Assembly (NCBI GenBank): GCA_964016885.1
Contig: OZ024743.1
Span: 347,820,001-347,884,000, forward strand
Length of the DNA: 64,000 nt
DNA from: Eledone cirrhosa
Lineage: Eukaryota
Direction of reading: 5' to 3'
The notes beneath the pieces are model-generated. The model did no database searches and was not told the DNA's origin. It saw only the letters and a program-made list of their open reading frames with translations. Below are positions 1-13,747 of the stretch, in pieces (the first letter of the stretch is position 1; each line of letters opens with the position of its first letter). A program made the position numbers and the translations under genes.

Positions 1-104
1 ATGTCCCATTTCTTGTGCGCCCTTTTGGCAAAAAAAGGAAACATATCTATCTATCTTTCTCTTCCTCGTCTTTGCTCTCTCTCTTTATCTCTCTCTCTCT
101 CTCA

Positions 105-172
<68 letters not shown>

Positions 173-548
173 GCATGTATGTAGGTATGTGTGTGTGTGT
201 GTCTAAATATACGTCTCCACTTGCTACTAGCTTTACATCTGTAACATATAAAGAAATAAATTTCATCCAATTTACAGTAAATTTCTTTTTTGTCATTCCC
301 CGCACAAGACCACCCAACCCTACAAGCCTGTAAGATCTCACGCATGATCCAAGGTCAACAGCGACGCTGACCTTTCGCCACGGAACCATTCAATATAGAA
401 ACCCGTCTATTTCCGTATATGCAACGGAATCTATCACATTGGATTTATTTACATTTCTACATAAATAACTCGGTAGTGTTGTATCGTAGATTTATTTAAC
501 ACCCCTCTTTCTGCTTCCTGCATCTCTGTCAATGTAGGTACACAAACA

Positions 549-701
<153 letters not shown>

Positions 702-1396
702 GGTGTACATTCTATAATCATTTTTGTTCACTCTTTCACACACCTTAATCTCCTAACCCTTTCTCTCACCAATCTATCTTTAATACTTTCTTCCAAACAA
801 ACATTTAATATTCACTCTCGTCTCTTCTGTTAGCATCGATTTGCATATCTTCCTCTTCGTGATAATCACCAACATCCTCGTCGCTATTGTCGTCGTCAAC
901 ATCATCGCCATCATGATTAGTATCATCATCAACAGCATCATCATCATCATCATCATCATCAGTATCATCATTACCATAATTATGCTCCTCACCTCCCACT
1001 TCACCACTTCCCCACTATATCTTATACTTGATACCTGTTCTCATTTAAATTTGTTAGATGTGGTACACGGATGAGTTTACATGGTACTTATATTGTTTTG
1101 TTCTTATACTGGTTTCAAACAATGGACCACAGCTAACTCATTCAGGATATTTTCACATATATCTGTCCCTTATTTCATCTGGTGGTATTTTATCAGATAT
1201 TGAAGGTGAAAAGGTGCAGTCAACATCCATATAGACGGGTATAATTACGATTTAAAGGGAAACAACCAAATATAGGCAGTTATATATGTCTATTGATGTA
1301 CCAAGACTAGTGTTTTAAACAAACTCTATAGCGAATTCGTCCTTTGGATTCATTGCTGTATAACTTCGGATATAACCTTCTTCTTTCTTACCACTA

Positions 1397-1533
<137 letters not shown>

Positions 1534-1868
1534 AGAGAGAGAGAGAGTGAGAGAGAGAGTGAGAGTGAGAGAGAGAGAGTGAGAGAGAGAGTGAGAGTGA
1601 GAGAGAGAGAGTGAGAGTGAGTGAGAGAGAGAGTCTGAGGTGCTGAGACCATGAGGCCCACTAGTCATTGGAGTACTCAATCCATGGGCAGAAATGCAGA
1701 GTGGGGATAAAAATACGTAAAATCTCAGCTGCGGGGCCTGGTGTTTTCGGGATTTTTTTCAACAGAACACCACTTTGCGCCACGGTTAGGGTTTTATATA
1801 TTAAATTCATATAGTCCAGAATTAGCCGTCGAAACGGCTTGAGCTCAGCCGTCGGGGTCCTACTCGTT

Positions 1869-3877
<2,009 letters not shown>

Positions 3878-4104
3878 GTAATCTTCCCTGCTCTGTGTGC
3901 TCTAATGTTAAATCCTGCAGCTGTCAACTTTGTCATTCAGCCCTTTTCGACTTCGATTATTCTTCAAATTCTATTTCTCCCTTCCACTTTCTTAAAAAAA
4001 TCAGCTGTTTTATAAATATCCACTAATCACCGTTTATCAATACGAGTTCACTTTGAAACATAAGTAAAAGATATATATATATACATGTATACACCCCCCC
4101 CCCC

Positions 4105-4191
<87 letters not shown>

Positions 4192-4195
4192 TACA

Positions 4196-5321
4196 TTTCT
4201 TTATTAGCCACAAGGGCACAAAAGAAGGGGACAAATACAAATGGGGAGTTTACATACTCAGACTCAGACTCAGAAGCTCACGCGTCTTGCGACGCATGAG
4301 GCAATCATAGTGTTCCACCGCGTTCGGTCAGCAGCCAGTTGCACAGCGTCCCGACATTGTCTGTTTGTCGCTCGCAGGTCCCTCTCAACTGTCTGGCGTC
4401 AGTTCATTTTGGGTCGCCCTCTCCGTCTGCTTCTCTGTGGGTTCCATGTAAGTACTTTATATGAAAATAAAACTATTAATACAATAACAAATAACAATTG
4501 AAATCTCCAATAGGGGGGAGGTGTTACACAGGGGTTGTACACACCCCGAAAAAATATACAACCCTCATCTCCAGGAGCAACAAGAGTGAGTACTCCTTTC
4601 CTCTCTTCCACTTTTTCCTCAACCTACAGGCTTATATATAGAGAAGGCCCAACCCCGCGGGCCATCTTTGCCACATTCACCCACCTTTTATAAAATTTGC
4701 TAGGATACAGCACCTCTCTCTCCATCCTGATTCTTCTTCCAAAATGATATTTGAAAAAACGAATCAGTTGCTCGCCGGAGAGAAAGGTGTCTGACCTGAG
4801 CCCCTTTAACCTCGTCCACCATATAACCTCTTTCACCATAGCCATAACACATAGGAAAACCGCCTCTCCCTCGTTTTTGAAGGAGGGTGGCGGTTTGATC
4901 ATGACAATGGACGACTCGGTGGTCAACTGGATTGGTCCCATCCGCGACAATAGTCGTCTACATAGCCCCACAGGTCGGTAACGCTCGGGCAGTGTACAAA
5001 TACATGTGCGACGGTTTTCTCGTCGCGTACGCATCTCGGACAGATCTTTTTCGAAGGGTTCCCACCCGGGCACCCATGTCTGTAGAGCTTGTCTCGAACT
5101 GGTAGGGGTCCTCGGTAGCACTGCCATGCCAGGGACTTTTGGAAGTTGTCCATTAGTCCCGGGCGGAAGGTCCTATCGAACAGACTGGCCAGTTCGTACT
5201 CCTCTACGCCTAGCGTGTCGTCGCACTTGCTGCGGACCAACCCTCGATAGAATGTTGAAGTGGAGTCTCCACTGATCGCCGGGTCCGTTTGCCAGAGGAT
5301 TCGATATGCCAGTCGCCCATT
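4196..5321 (-). mobile_element. 5'-truncated, decayed copy of the L1/Tx1 LINE (3' end of ORF2 + 3' UTR)
   Basis: Clear similarity to 13510-14475 (..MDNFQKSLAWQCYRG..GPSLYISL), with frameshifts and small deletions. AATAAA then (TATC)/(TC) tail. Confidence 0.95.
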
Positions 5322-5429
5322 TATATATAGATATATAGATAGATAGATATACATATATATATATAAGTTATCCCGGATGATTTCTCACGAATGAAACAGT
5401 TCTAGTCCTGTAGAAGCTTTTCTATATTT

Positions 5430-5469
<40 letters not shown>

Positions 5470-5473
<4 letters not shown>

Positions 5474-5999
5474 CTAAAATAACAGATTAAAGTTTAAGCA
5501 AAGAATCGCTGCTTTCACCCTTAACGGGATCTTCTGAAACTAACAAAGTAAATCTGTAAACGCAGAACTGGATATTTCAAAAAACGTTGCAACCGGAGGA
5601 AGACAGGAAGACGATACTTTGGTTTTTAGGTATGTTTTCCTGTTTGGTACGGGTATGTTCTTTGTAGAAATATTCAGATGTTGTTTCTGCATGATGAATA
5701 TAAGTCAGTAGAGTGCTCAACCGAAGGAGCCAAATAGTAATAATAATAAAATTGAAGACTAAAATCCAAAGAGGGCTCGATAAGGAAAATATATATCAAA
5801 TATATAAGAACCGTAGAGCAAATATTTACTAAAATAACAGATTAAAGTTTAAGCAAAGAATCGCTGCTTTCGCAGCGATTCTGTGCTTAAAATTTAATCT
5901 GTTATTTTAGTAAATATTTGCTCTACGGTTCTTATATATTTGATATATATTTTCCTTATCGAGCCCTCTTTGGATTTTAGTCTTCAATTTTATTATTAT

Positions 6000-6003
<4 letters not shown>
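5470..6003 (-). repeat. 355-bp HHR-containing unit, partial tandem plus fold-back inversion
   Basis: 5470-5516 recurs at 5825-5871. 5872-6003 is the reverse complement of ~5737-5868. Flanked by (TA)n. Confidence 0.8.
5491..5541 (-). ncRNA. Degenerate type I hammerhead (U4>A)
   Basis: agttt-CAGAAGA-t-ccc gttaa ggg-t-GAAA-gcag cgattct ttgc-TT-aaact. Confidence 0.55.
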
Positions 6004-6072
<69 letters not shown>

Positions 6073-6777
6073 TATATGGGGTGTGTATTTGAGTTTATGT
6101 GTATGTGCGTGTGTGGTACGTTTGTCTGTGTATGAGTTTCTGTGTGAAGGGGAGAAACAGTGTGTAATGTGTACAATAAGTTGTAAGGTATAAGGCGAAA
6201 AGATCAGAGAGAGCGCAAATAGAAGGCTAACAGACTACATTTAAAGGTATTGCTATTTGGCTCATCATAAGATGTTGTTGGGAGTGGTATTAATTTCAAT
6301 GTTTATTTTTAGATATTACTGTAAGGTCATGGTCTGTAATTTCAATAATTGTATCTTGTTCCATAACAACACCAACCTATATGTCATGTATTTCTATTAG
6401 TTCAATGATTAAGACAGCCCAAGAAGCGGTGATAAATATTCTAATGTTGATAATAGACAAATGGTTACCAACACCCAGCTCTCCTGTAATTCTTCGCCTT
6501 GTTAGTGATATGTCATTGTAAAATAACAAAAATTCAAAAGATCTTTCTTTAAATTATTTTGAAATGTCCTCTATCGAATGTAAAATTATTTGACACAGGT
6601 CACTACATGGAACGTTGTTTTGGCACTTCTGACCTCTACGCAAATTTATTGTCACATAAAAGTGCATTCAAATAATTGTTGTGTTCTTTGACAAAATCAC
6701 TAATAGTTTCCTCAGATGTGTTTCCTTTGTTTATAAGCCAATAGCAATTTTCAATGGTGAGTTACTTTCCATCCACC

Positions 6778-6854
<77 letters not shown>

Positions 6855-6861
6855 GAGTCGA

Positions 6862-7010
6862 GACCCCTACGGCTGAGCTCCGACCGTGTTGAAACGGCCG
6901 GAGCTCAGCCGTCGGGGTCCAGATTCTTTTCCTATTATCCCCTCTACTACGCTAAATATTGAGTGCTCAGGTGCGTTATAGTCCACCTGGTATCTTATTA
7001 TACTCTCTTT
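6862..7010 (+). mobile_element. Short PLE 3'-terminal fragment (HHR 3' half) with 5' fold-back
   Basis: GAAAcggccggagctcagccgTCggggtcc followed by the same tail as 8357-8450 (rc); preceded by its own short inverse. Confidence 0.7.
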
Positions 7011-7084
7011 GTTGTATAAATATATATACAAAGAGAGCGGGAGAGAGAGAGATTGAGAGAAATTGAGAGAGATTGAGAGAGAGA

Positions 7085-7205
<121 letters not shown>

Positions 7206-7650
7206 AGGGTGAAGATACAGATGTTTAGTAATGAAATGAAATAATAAAATAATTATAATTGTAATGGAGTTAAATGTTTTAGCAATTTTCAATAAAACAG
7301 GGTGGTGACTGTCAATTTGATTTAATCTATAACTGTCGCGCTCTTACATATACAAACACATACATATATATGTATATATATATAAACGGAAAAAATTAAA
7401 CGAAATTACATTTCCCACTCTTAGTACGGCTGTTACTTAAATATAAGTATGTATACGTACATACATATATGTATACAGACGTACAGTAGTATGTATATAT
7501 ATATACATACATGCACACATATATATATATGTACCATTGGATTCACCAAACATTTATTATAATGCTCGGTGTGTTTGTAAAGAAACATCCCGTATTAAGC
7601 CACAGTGTCTAGCAACCATCGTTGCTTGTTTCTTCAACACTGACAAAGGA

Positions 7651-7693
7651 ACGCTGTACTAGTTTCAAGCTTAATAGCTATCGTCAGCAACGT
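7651..7693 (-). ncRNA. Minimal type I hammerhead ribozyme
   Basis: acgttg-CTGACGA-t-agct atta agct-t-GAAA-ctag-TA-cagcgt. Confidence 0.85.
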
Positions 7694-7945
7694 ATACCTT
7701 CCTGCCAGATTGTTGAACGTCCGAAAGTATATACTTTCCTTATGCATATTAACGGCTGAGTAGCCCAATTTGCCTATCGAGTGGGTTAATCGGCCGGGTT
7801 CACCGAAAATGATAAACGGAAAAAATGAAACGAAATTTCACTTCCCAGTCTTAGTACAGCTGTTACTGGACTGAATGAACATTTTTATCCTGGTATTTGA
7901 ATAGCCGAGCTTCTCAAGGGAATTCCATATCTGGCAGGAAGGTAT

Positions 7946-7988
7946 ACGTTGCTGACGATAGCTAATAAGCTTGAAACTAGTACAGCAT
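7946..7988 (+). ncRNA. Minimal type I hammerhead ribozyme (inverted copy)
   Basis: cgttg-CTGACGA-t-agct aata agct-t-GAAA-ctag-TA-cagca. Confidence 0.8.
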
Positions 7989-8229
7989 TGCTTTGTCAGT
8001 GTTGAACAAACGAGCAACGGTGGTTGCTAGACACTGCGGCTTAATACGGGATGTTTGTTTACAAACACACTGAGCATTATAATAAATGTTTGGTGAATCC
8101 ATACGTAAGTATATATATGTGCATGTATGTGTGTATATATACATACTACTGTACGTCTGTATACATATATGTATGTACGTATACATACTTATATATATAT
8201 ATATATAAATACACACATAGATATATATA

Positions 8230-8357
<128 letters not shown>

Positions 8358-8449
8358 ACGGAGGAAATGTGGTAAGGAACCAGGTGGACCATAACGCACC
8401 AGGGTACTCAATACTTAGAGTAGTCAAGTGGGTAATAGGAACGAGTAGG

Positions 8450-8545
8450 ACCCCGACGGCTGAGCTCAAGCCGTTTCGACGGCTAATTCTGGACTAAATG
8501 AACATTTTTATCCTGGTATTTGAATAGCCGAGCTTCTCAAGGGGT
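8450..8545 (-). ncRNA. Type I hammerhead with U3-A8 core variant
   Basis: acccc-TTGAGAA-gct cggcta...tagccg tc-GAAA-cggct tgagctc agccg-TC-ggggt. Confidence 0.8.
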
Positions 8546-9627
8546 AATTCCATATATGGTAAAAGTGGTTGTCACAAGGATTGGTCAAAAGTTTGTTGTT
8601 GAGACATAATAATTCTATGATGGCAATTTGTGGAGGGAAGGGGTAGCTGAACCTGCCAGTAGGAGAAAGAGGGAGAGGGGGTGGAGGAGACCCATCCATA
8701 CGTTGATAGTGCCGACTACAGCTGGGTATGAGGTAAAAGAAGATACTAGGGAGGGGGAGGAAGTCGAAACAATAAGTAGAACAATATAGGGTAAACATAT
8801 AGAAAAATACCGTGTTAAAAAGCAATTAAATATAAAAAAAAACAAAACAATTTCTGGTTACTACGACCTAAGTCTCTCACTGGTACTGCTAGGCTAAAGA
8901 AAGGTATACTAGATGGGACGGAATTATAATGAGACCCTTTTAAGAGGTATAACTAATAAACCGAGTTTTACCTTACGGTGACGGGTCAACAAGTGAGGGT
9001 CCAAAATACTAAAGAAACTACCACGAAATAATACATAAAGGATTCTACCCTAGGCACAAGGCCAGCAACCACCCAATGCAAAAAAGTAAACTAATACGAA
9101 ATAATAATTCAGAGTCCCGAGAAATAATACTAATACTATCTCTAAGGGTGCCGCCACGATACAAAAGTTCTAGTGCAAGCTACATAAAAGCTCGTACGAA
9201 GTATATGTAAAATTTGATACGGAAAATTAATTCAGACCCCCCCCCCCCCCCCCAAAAAAAAATACTGATATACGAGAAATTAAAGCAAAGATACCACTAA
9301 GAAATATAGAAAGCACGGAAAAGGGGCAGCGGTCGGATAAGAGGGCAAGTATCCGGGGTCTAACACATCTGCTATAAAAAGCGGAGTCGGCCAAATCTAT
9401 CATAGAATAAGGGAAGGGGTGGGGGTACTGAGGCTACAAAGGACCGAGGGGCTGCCTCGGGTGGGTGAGAAAAAGACGACGACAAAGAAAGAGAACTGGG
9501 GTGGAAGGACCAGGGAGGGATGGGGTAAGAAGGAAATATAGAGGAAGCGATAAAAAGATATAAAAGAAGATCTTACGTCTACCTTTGCAAGCAGGGGCTA
9601 CCCATTACAAAATCGGTAAGTGGGGTG

Positions 9628-10160
9628 TTATAACCCTAGTCTAACCCCTCCCCCCCAAGCGTCATTATGGGGTTTGAGGGCGAGGTAAGTCCTACGCAAT
9701 CTGTGTTTACATGCAGTAACCAGTTCATCTTTCTTGTTTAGGAGTTGGTCCGTCGAAAACAGCATTTGTAAAGTTTCCTCCGAGCATAAATTGCACGGAC
9801 GTCGTCCTCCCGTGTAAGAGATGGCTCTGGACAGTAAGCTCCAAGTGAGATCATAGGTAATGTTGTTATCCTTGAGGTCCCATATGTGGCCCGAAAGTGT
9901 AGTGGCGTGACACCGGGCCGGGTTTCGGAAGTTATGTCTGTGTTGGTATAGCCGGGTCTTGAAGTCACATGCGGTTAATCCTATATAAGCTTTGTTGGAG
10001 GTATCCGTCCTCACGTTGCACTGATAGATCACATTACGATCTCTGCATCTGTTGTCGAGGGGGAAAATGGATCCATCAGGACAGTTGCACCTCCTGGTCT
10101 GCTCTTCACTGCTATTTAGGTTATTTCTTCCATAGGGGTTGAGTTTTGTGTTGTTAGCTC
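9628..10160 (-). pseudogene. PLE GIY-YIG domain (inverted duplicate)
   Basis: CNCPDGSIFPLDNRC..VIY..YIGLTACDFKTRLYQH..CNLCSEE..LLNKKDELVTACKH. Confidence 0.9.
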
Positions 10161-11305
10161 CCGACTCACCCTTCGACGTCAGCATTGGCGCGACGGATTC
10201 GGCTGAGGTCACAGATCTTATAGGATTATTCCTAATAGCCAAACTCACCCATATGTTTCCTGCATTCGGCGGTGGATTGTACCGTGATGATGGGCTCCTT
10301 ACCCTTAAAGGGTACAACCCCAGTAGTACAGATCGGGTCCGTAAACAATTAATCAGCTTCTTCCGCGACTGGGGATTTAAAATAACCCTACAAACGTCCC
10401 TGACCCGAGTAAACTTCCTGGACGTTACCCTTGACGTCGATAATGATCTGTACTACCCATACAGGAAACCTAACGACAACCTGCACTACATCCACCGCCG
10501 GTCAAACCATCCTAGGAACATCACCAATAACCTGGTTAAAAACATCTCCCTCCGCATATCACGTTTGTTAGCTAATGAGCAGATATTCGAGGAACATGCG
10601 CCTTATTACAACCAGGCCCTCAAGCGGAGTGGTTTCCGGGAGGAAATATCCTACTGTCCAGCTTCCATTAGCGCAACCAGCAGACGACACCGCCGCTCAT
10701 GCAATGTAACATGGTTCAATCCTCCCTACAACGCCGAGGTGACAATTCTTATCGGGAAAATCTTCTTTAGGCTCATTGAAAAACACTTCCCACTACAACA
10801 CCGCTACCACAACATAATTAACAAAAACACCATCAAACTCTCTTACAGCACCACACCAAACTTTGCACAAAACATCGTCTCCTCTAACAAAAATAAACTC
10901 AACCCCTATGGAAGAAATAACCTAAATAACAGTGGAGAGCCGACCAGGAGGTGCAACTGTCCTGATGGATCCATTTGCCCCCTCGACAACAGAGGCAGAG
11001 ATTGTAATGTGATCTACCAGTGCAACGTGAGGACGGACACCTCCAAGAAAGCTTATATAGGATTAACCGCATGTGACTTCAAGACCCGGCTATACCAACA
11101 CAGACATAACTTCCGAAACTCGGCCCGGCGTCACGCCACTACACTTTCGGGCCACATATGGGACCTCAAGGATAACAACATTACCTATGATTTGTCGTCG
11201 TCTTCTTCTCGCCCACCCGAGGCAGCCCATCGGTCATTTGTAGCCTCAGTACCCCCACCCCTTCCCTTATTCTATGATAGATTTGGCCGACTCCGCTTTT
11301 TATAG
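10139..11305 (+). pseudogene. PLE RT (C-terminal half) + GIY-YIG endonuclease fragment
   Basis: FDVSIGATDSAEVTDLIG, LYRDDGL, VNFLDVTL, SNHP, WFNPPY, CNC..CPL, YIGLTACDFKTRLYQH. An internal deletion after ~11190 removes the C-terminus. Confidence 0.92.
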
Positions 11306-12080
11306 CAGATGTCTTAGACCCCGGATACTTGCCTTCTTATCCGACCGCTGCCCCTTTTCCGTGCTTTCTATATTTCTTAGTGGTATCTTTGCTGTAATTT
11401 CTCGTATATCAGTATTTATTTTTTTTAGGGGGGGGGGGGGGATTCTTAATTAATTTTCCGTATCAAATTTTACATATACTTCGTACGAGCTGTTATGTAT
11501 CTTGCACTAGAACTTTTGTATCGTGGAGATAGTATTAGTATTATTTTTCGGGACTCTGAATTATTATTTCGTATTAGTTTACTTTTTTGCACTGGGTGGT
11601 TGCTGGCCTTGTGCCTGGGGTAGAAACCTTTATTTATTATTTCGTGGTAGTTTCTTTAGTATTTTGGACCCTCACTTGTTGACCCGTCACCGTAAGGTAA
11701 AACTCGGATTATTACTTATACCTCTTAAAATGGTCTCATTATAATTCCATCCCACCTAGTATACCTTTCTTTAGCCTAGCAGTACCAGTGAGAGACTTAG
11801 GTCGTAGTAACCAGATATTGTTTTTTTTTTTTTTTACATATAATTTCTTTTTAACACTCTCGGTATTTTTCTATATTTTTACCCTATATTGTTTTACTTC
11901 CTCCCCCTCCCTAGTATCTTCTTTGACTGCATGCCCATGAATGGGTCTCCTCCACCCCCTCTTCCTCTTTCTCCTACTGGCAGGTTCAGCTACCACAAAT
12001 TGCCATCATAGAATTTTTATGTCTCAACAACAAACTTTTGACCAATCCTTGTGACAACCACTTTTACCATATATGGAATT

Positions 12081-12176
12081 ACCCCCTGAGAAGCTCGGCT
12101 ATTCAAATACCAGGATAAAAATGTTCATTTAGTGCAGAATTATCCGTCGAAACGGCTTGAGCTCAGCCGTCGGGGT
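12081..12176 (+). ncRNA. Type I hammerhead, copy with C3/A8 mismatch
   Basis: acccc-CTGAGAA-...-GAAA-cggcttgagctcagccg-TC-ggggt; otherwise near-identical to 8450-8545. Confidence 0.65.
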
Positions 12177-12198
12177 CCTACTCGTTCCTATATATATA

Positions 12199-12282
<84 letters not shown>

Positions 12283-12286
12283 TAAA

Positions 12287-12535
12287 TAGGAAACAGTTTA
12301 ACCCCGACGGCAGAGCTCAAGCCGTTTCGACGGATATTTCTGGACTAAATTAGAATTTTTTACCGTGGTTAATAAATAACCGCTAAAAATTCTAATGTAG
12401 TCCAGAAATAGCCGTCGAAACGGCTTCAGCTCTTCCATCGGAGTTAAACTGTTTCCTATTACTCACTCTACTACCTTAAGTATTGAGTACTCTGGTGCGT
12501 TATGGTCCATCTCGTTCCTTACCACACCTCCTTCG

Positions 12536-12540
<5 letters not shown>
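12287..12540. mobile_element. Inverted pair of PLE 3'-terminal fragments (HHR 3' half)
   Basis: ~12287-12360 (-) and ~12385-12540 (+) both match the GAAAcggct..gagctc..TCggggt region. Embedded in (TA)n. Confidence 0.75.
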
Positions 12541-12574
<34 letters not shown>

Positions 12575-12822
12575 TGTGGATCTATGTATATACAACAAAG
12601 AGAAAAATGCTTTCAGATACTGAGAAGCAGATATACAGTGTGAGAGAGAAGAAAAGAGGGTTAGGGATTGATAAATGTAAGTAGGAACGTGTAAAGAAAA
12701 GATAGCCATGAAAATAAGATTAAAAGTACTTGTATAACACGTATACAACGTAGAAACTTATATATCCCTATATATGTCATACACTTACCTAAACATATAT
12801 ACTTACATTCATACATACACTC

Positions 12823-12916
<94 letters not shown>

Positions 12917-13463
12917 GTGTGTGTGTGTGTGTGAGTTTGTGTGTGTATGCATATGTGTGTCTACTTATTCTTTTGTTTGACGGTATGTTTGTTCAAATTT
13001 GTTAATTCAATCAGATCAGGCTACTAGTTTGTTAGCAGGTATGTTTCATTGTATTAACATGAACTGAGAAAAGAAGTATGTAGATTATATCTTATTAATT
13101 ATACATGAGGCAATTTAAGAGTAAACTGGGGCCAATCCCTTTAGGGTATCGTTATTAATCCTATATTTATTAAACATTAATTATGCTAAGGAATTAAATC
13201 GTCATTTCTTAAATATATGCTTATGTACAATTAAATATATTTCCATTCATATTCAGATATACACACCTTTTTGGAAATATGCTGCTACTGAAATGTTACG
13301 TCAATGCTTTGTATAGGAAAACTATGCCTGGATTTAAATTGAATATCTGTATATTACATATATTTATAGATGTACACCCACACACAAAGACGCACTGACA
13401 CATAAAGACGCACTGACACACACACACACACACACACAGACACACACATATATATATAGAGAG

Positions 13464-13508
<45 letters not shown>

Positions 13509-13747
13509 TATTTCTTTATTAGCCACAGGGGCACAAAAGAAGGGGACAAATACAAAGGGGGAAGTTTACATACAATAAAAACGTGTAAAATGTTATCACA
13601 GATGGAATTTAAAAGTTAGTCGATTTTCCCCAATAGAGGGAGACAGTTTATATGGGTAACACATACCCCCGAAAAAAATGTGCAACCCTCATCTCCAGGA
13701 GTACGAAGAGCTTGTACTCCTTTCCTCTCCTCCTCCTTTTCCTCAAT

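Larger units (their letters stand above)
7383..8190. repeat. Retrozyme-like HHR repeat (430-bp unit + partial unit + inverted copy), family shared with 24.2-26.0 kb
   Basis: Unit start taaacggaaaaaa at 7383 and 7813; ~7930-8190 is inverted. Homologous to the 466-bp units. Confidence 0.85.

Noticed and set aside
346-445. Minus-strand GAAA-ggtcagc..gttgacc-TT-ggat hairpin resembling an HHR 3' half
   Set aside because: The 5' core reads AATGTGA or similar; too degenerate to call.
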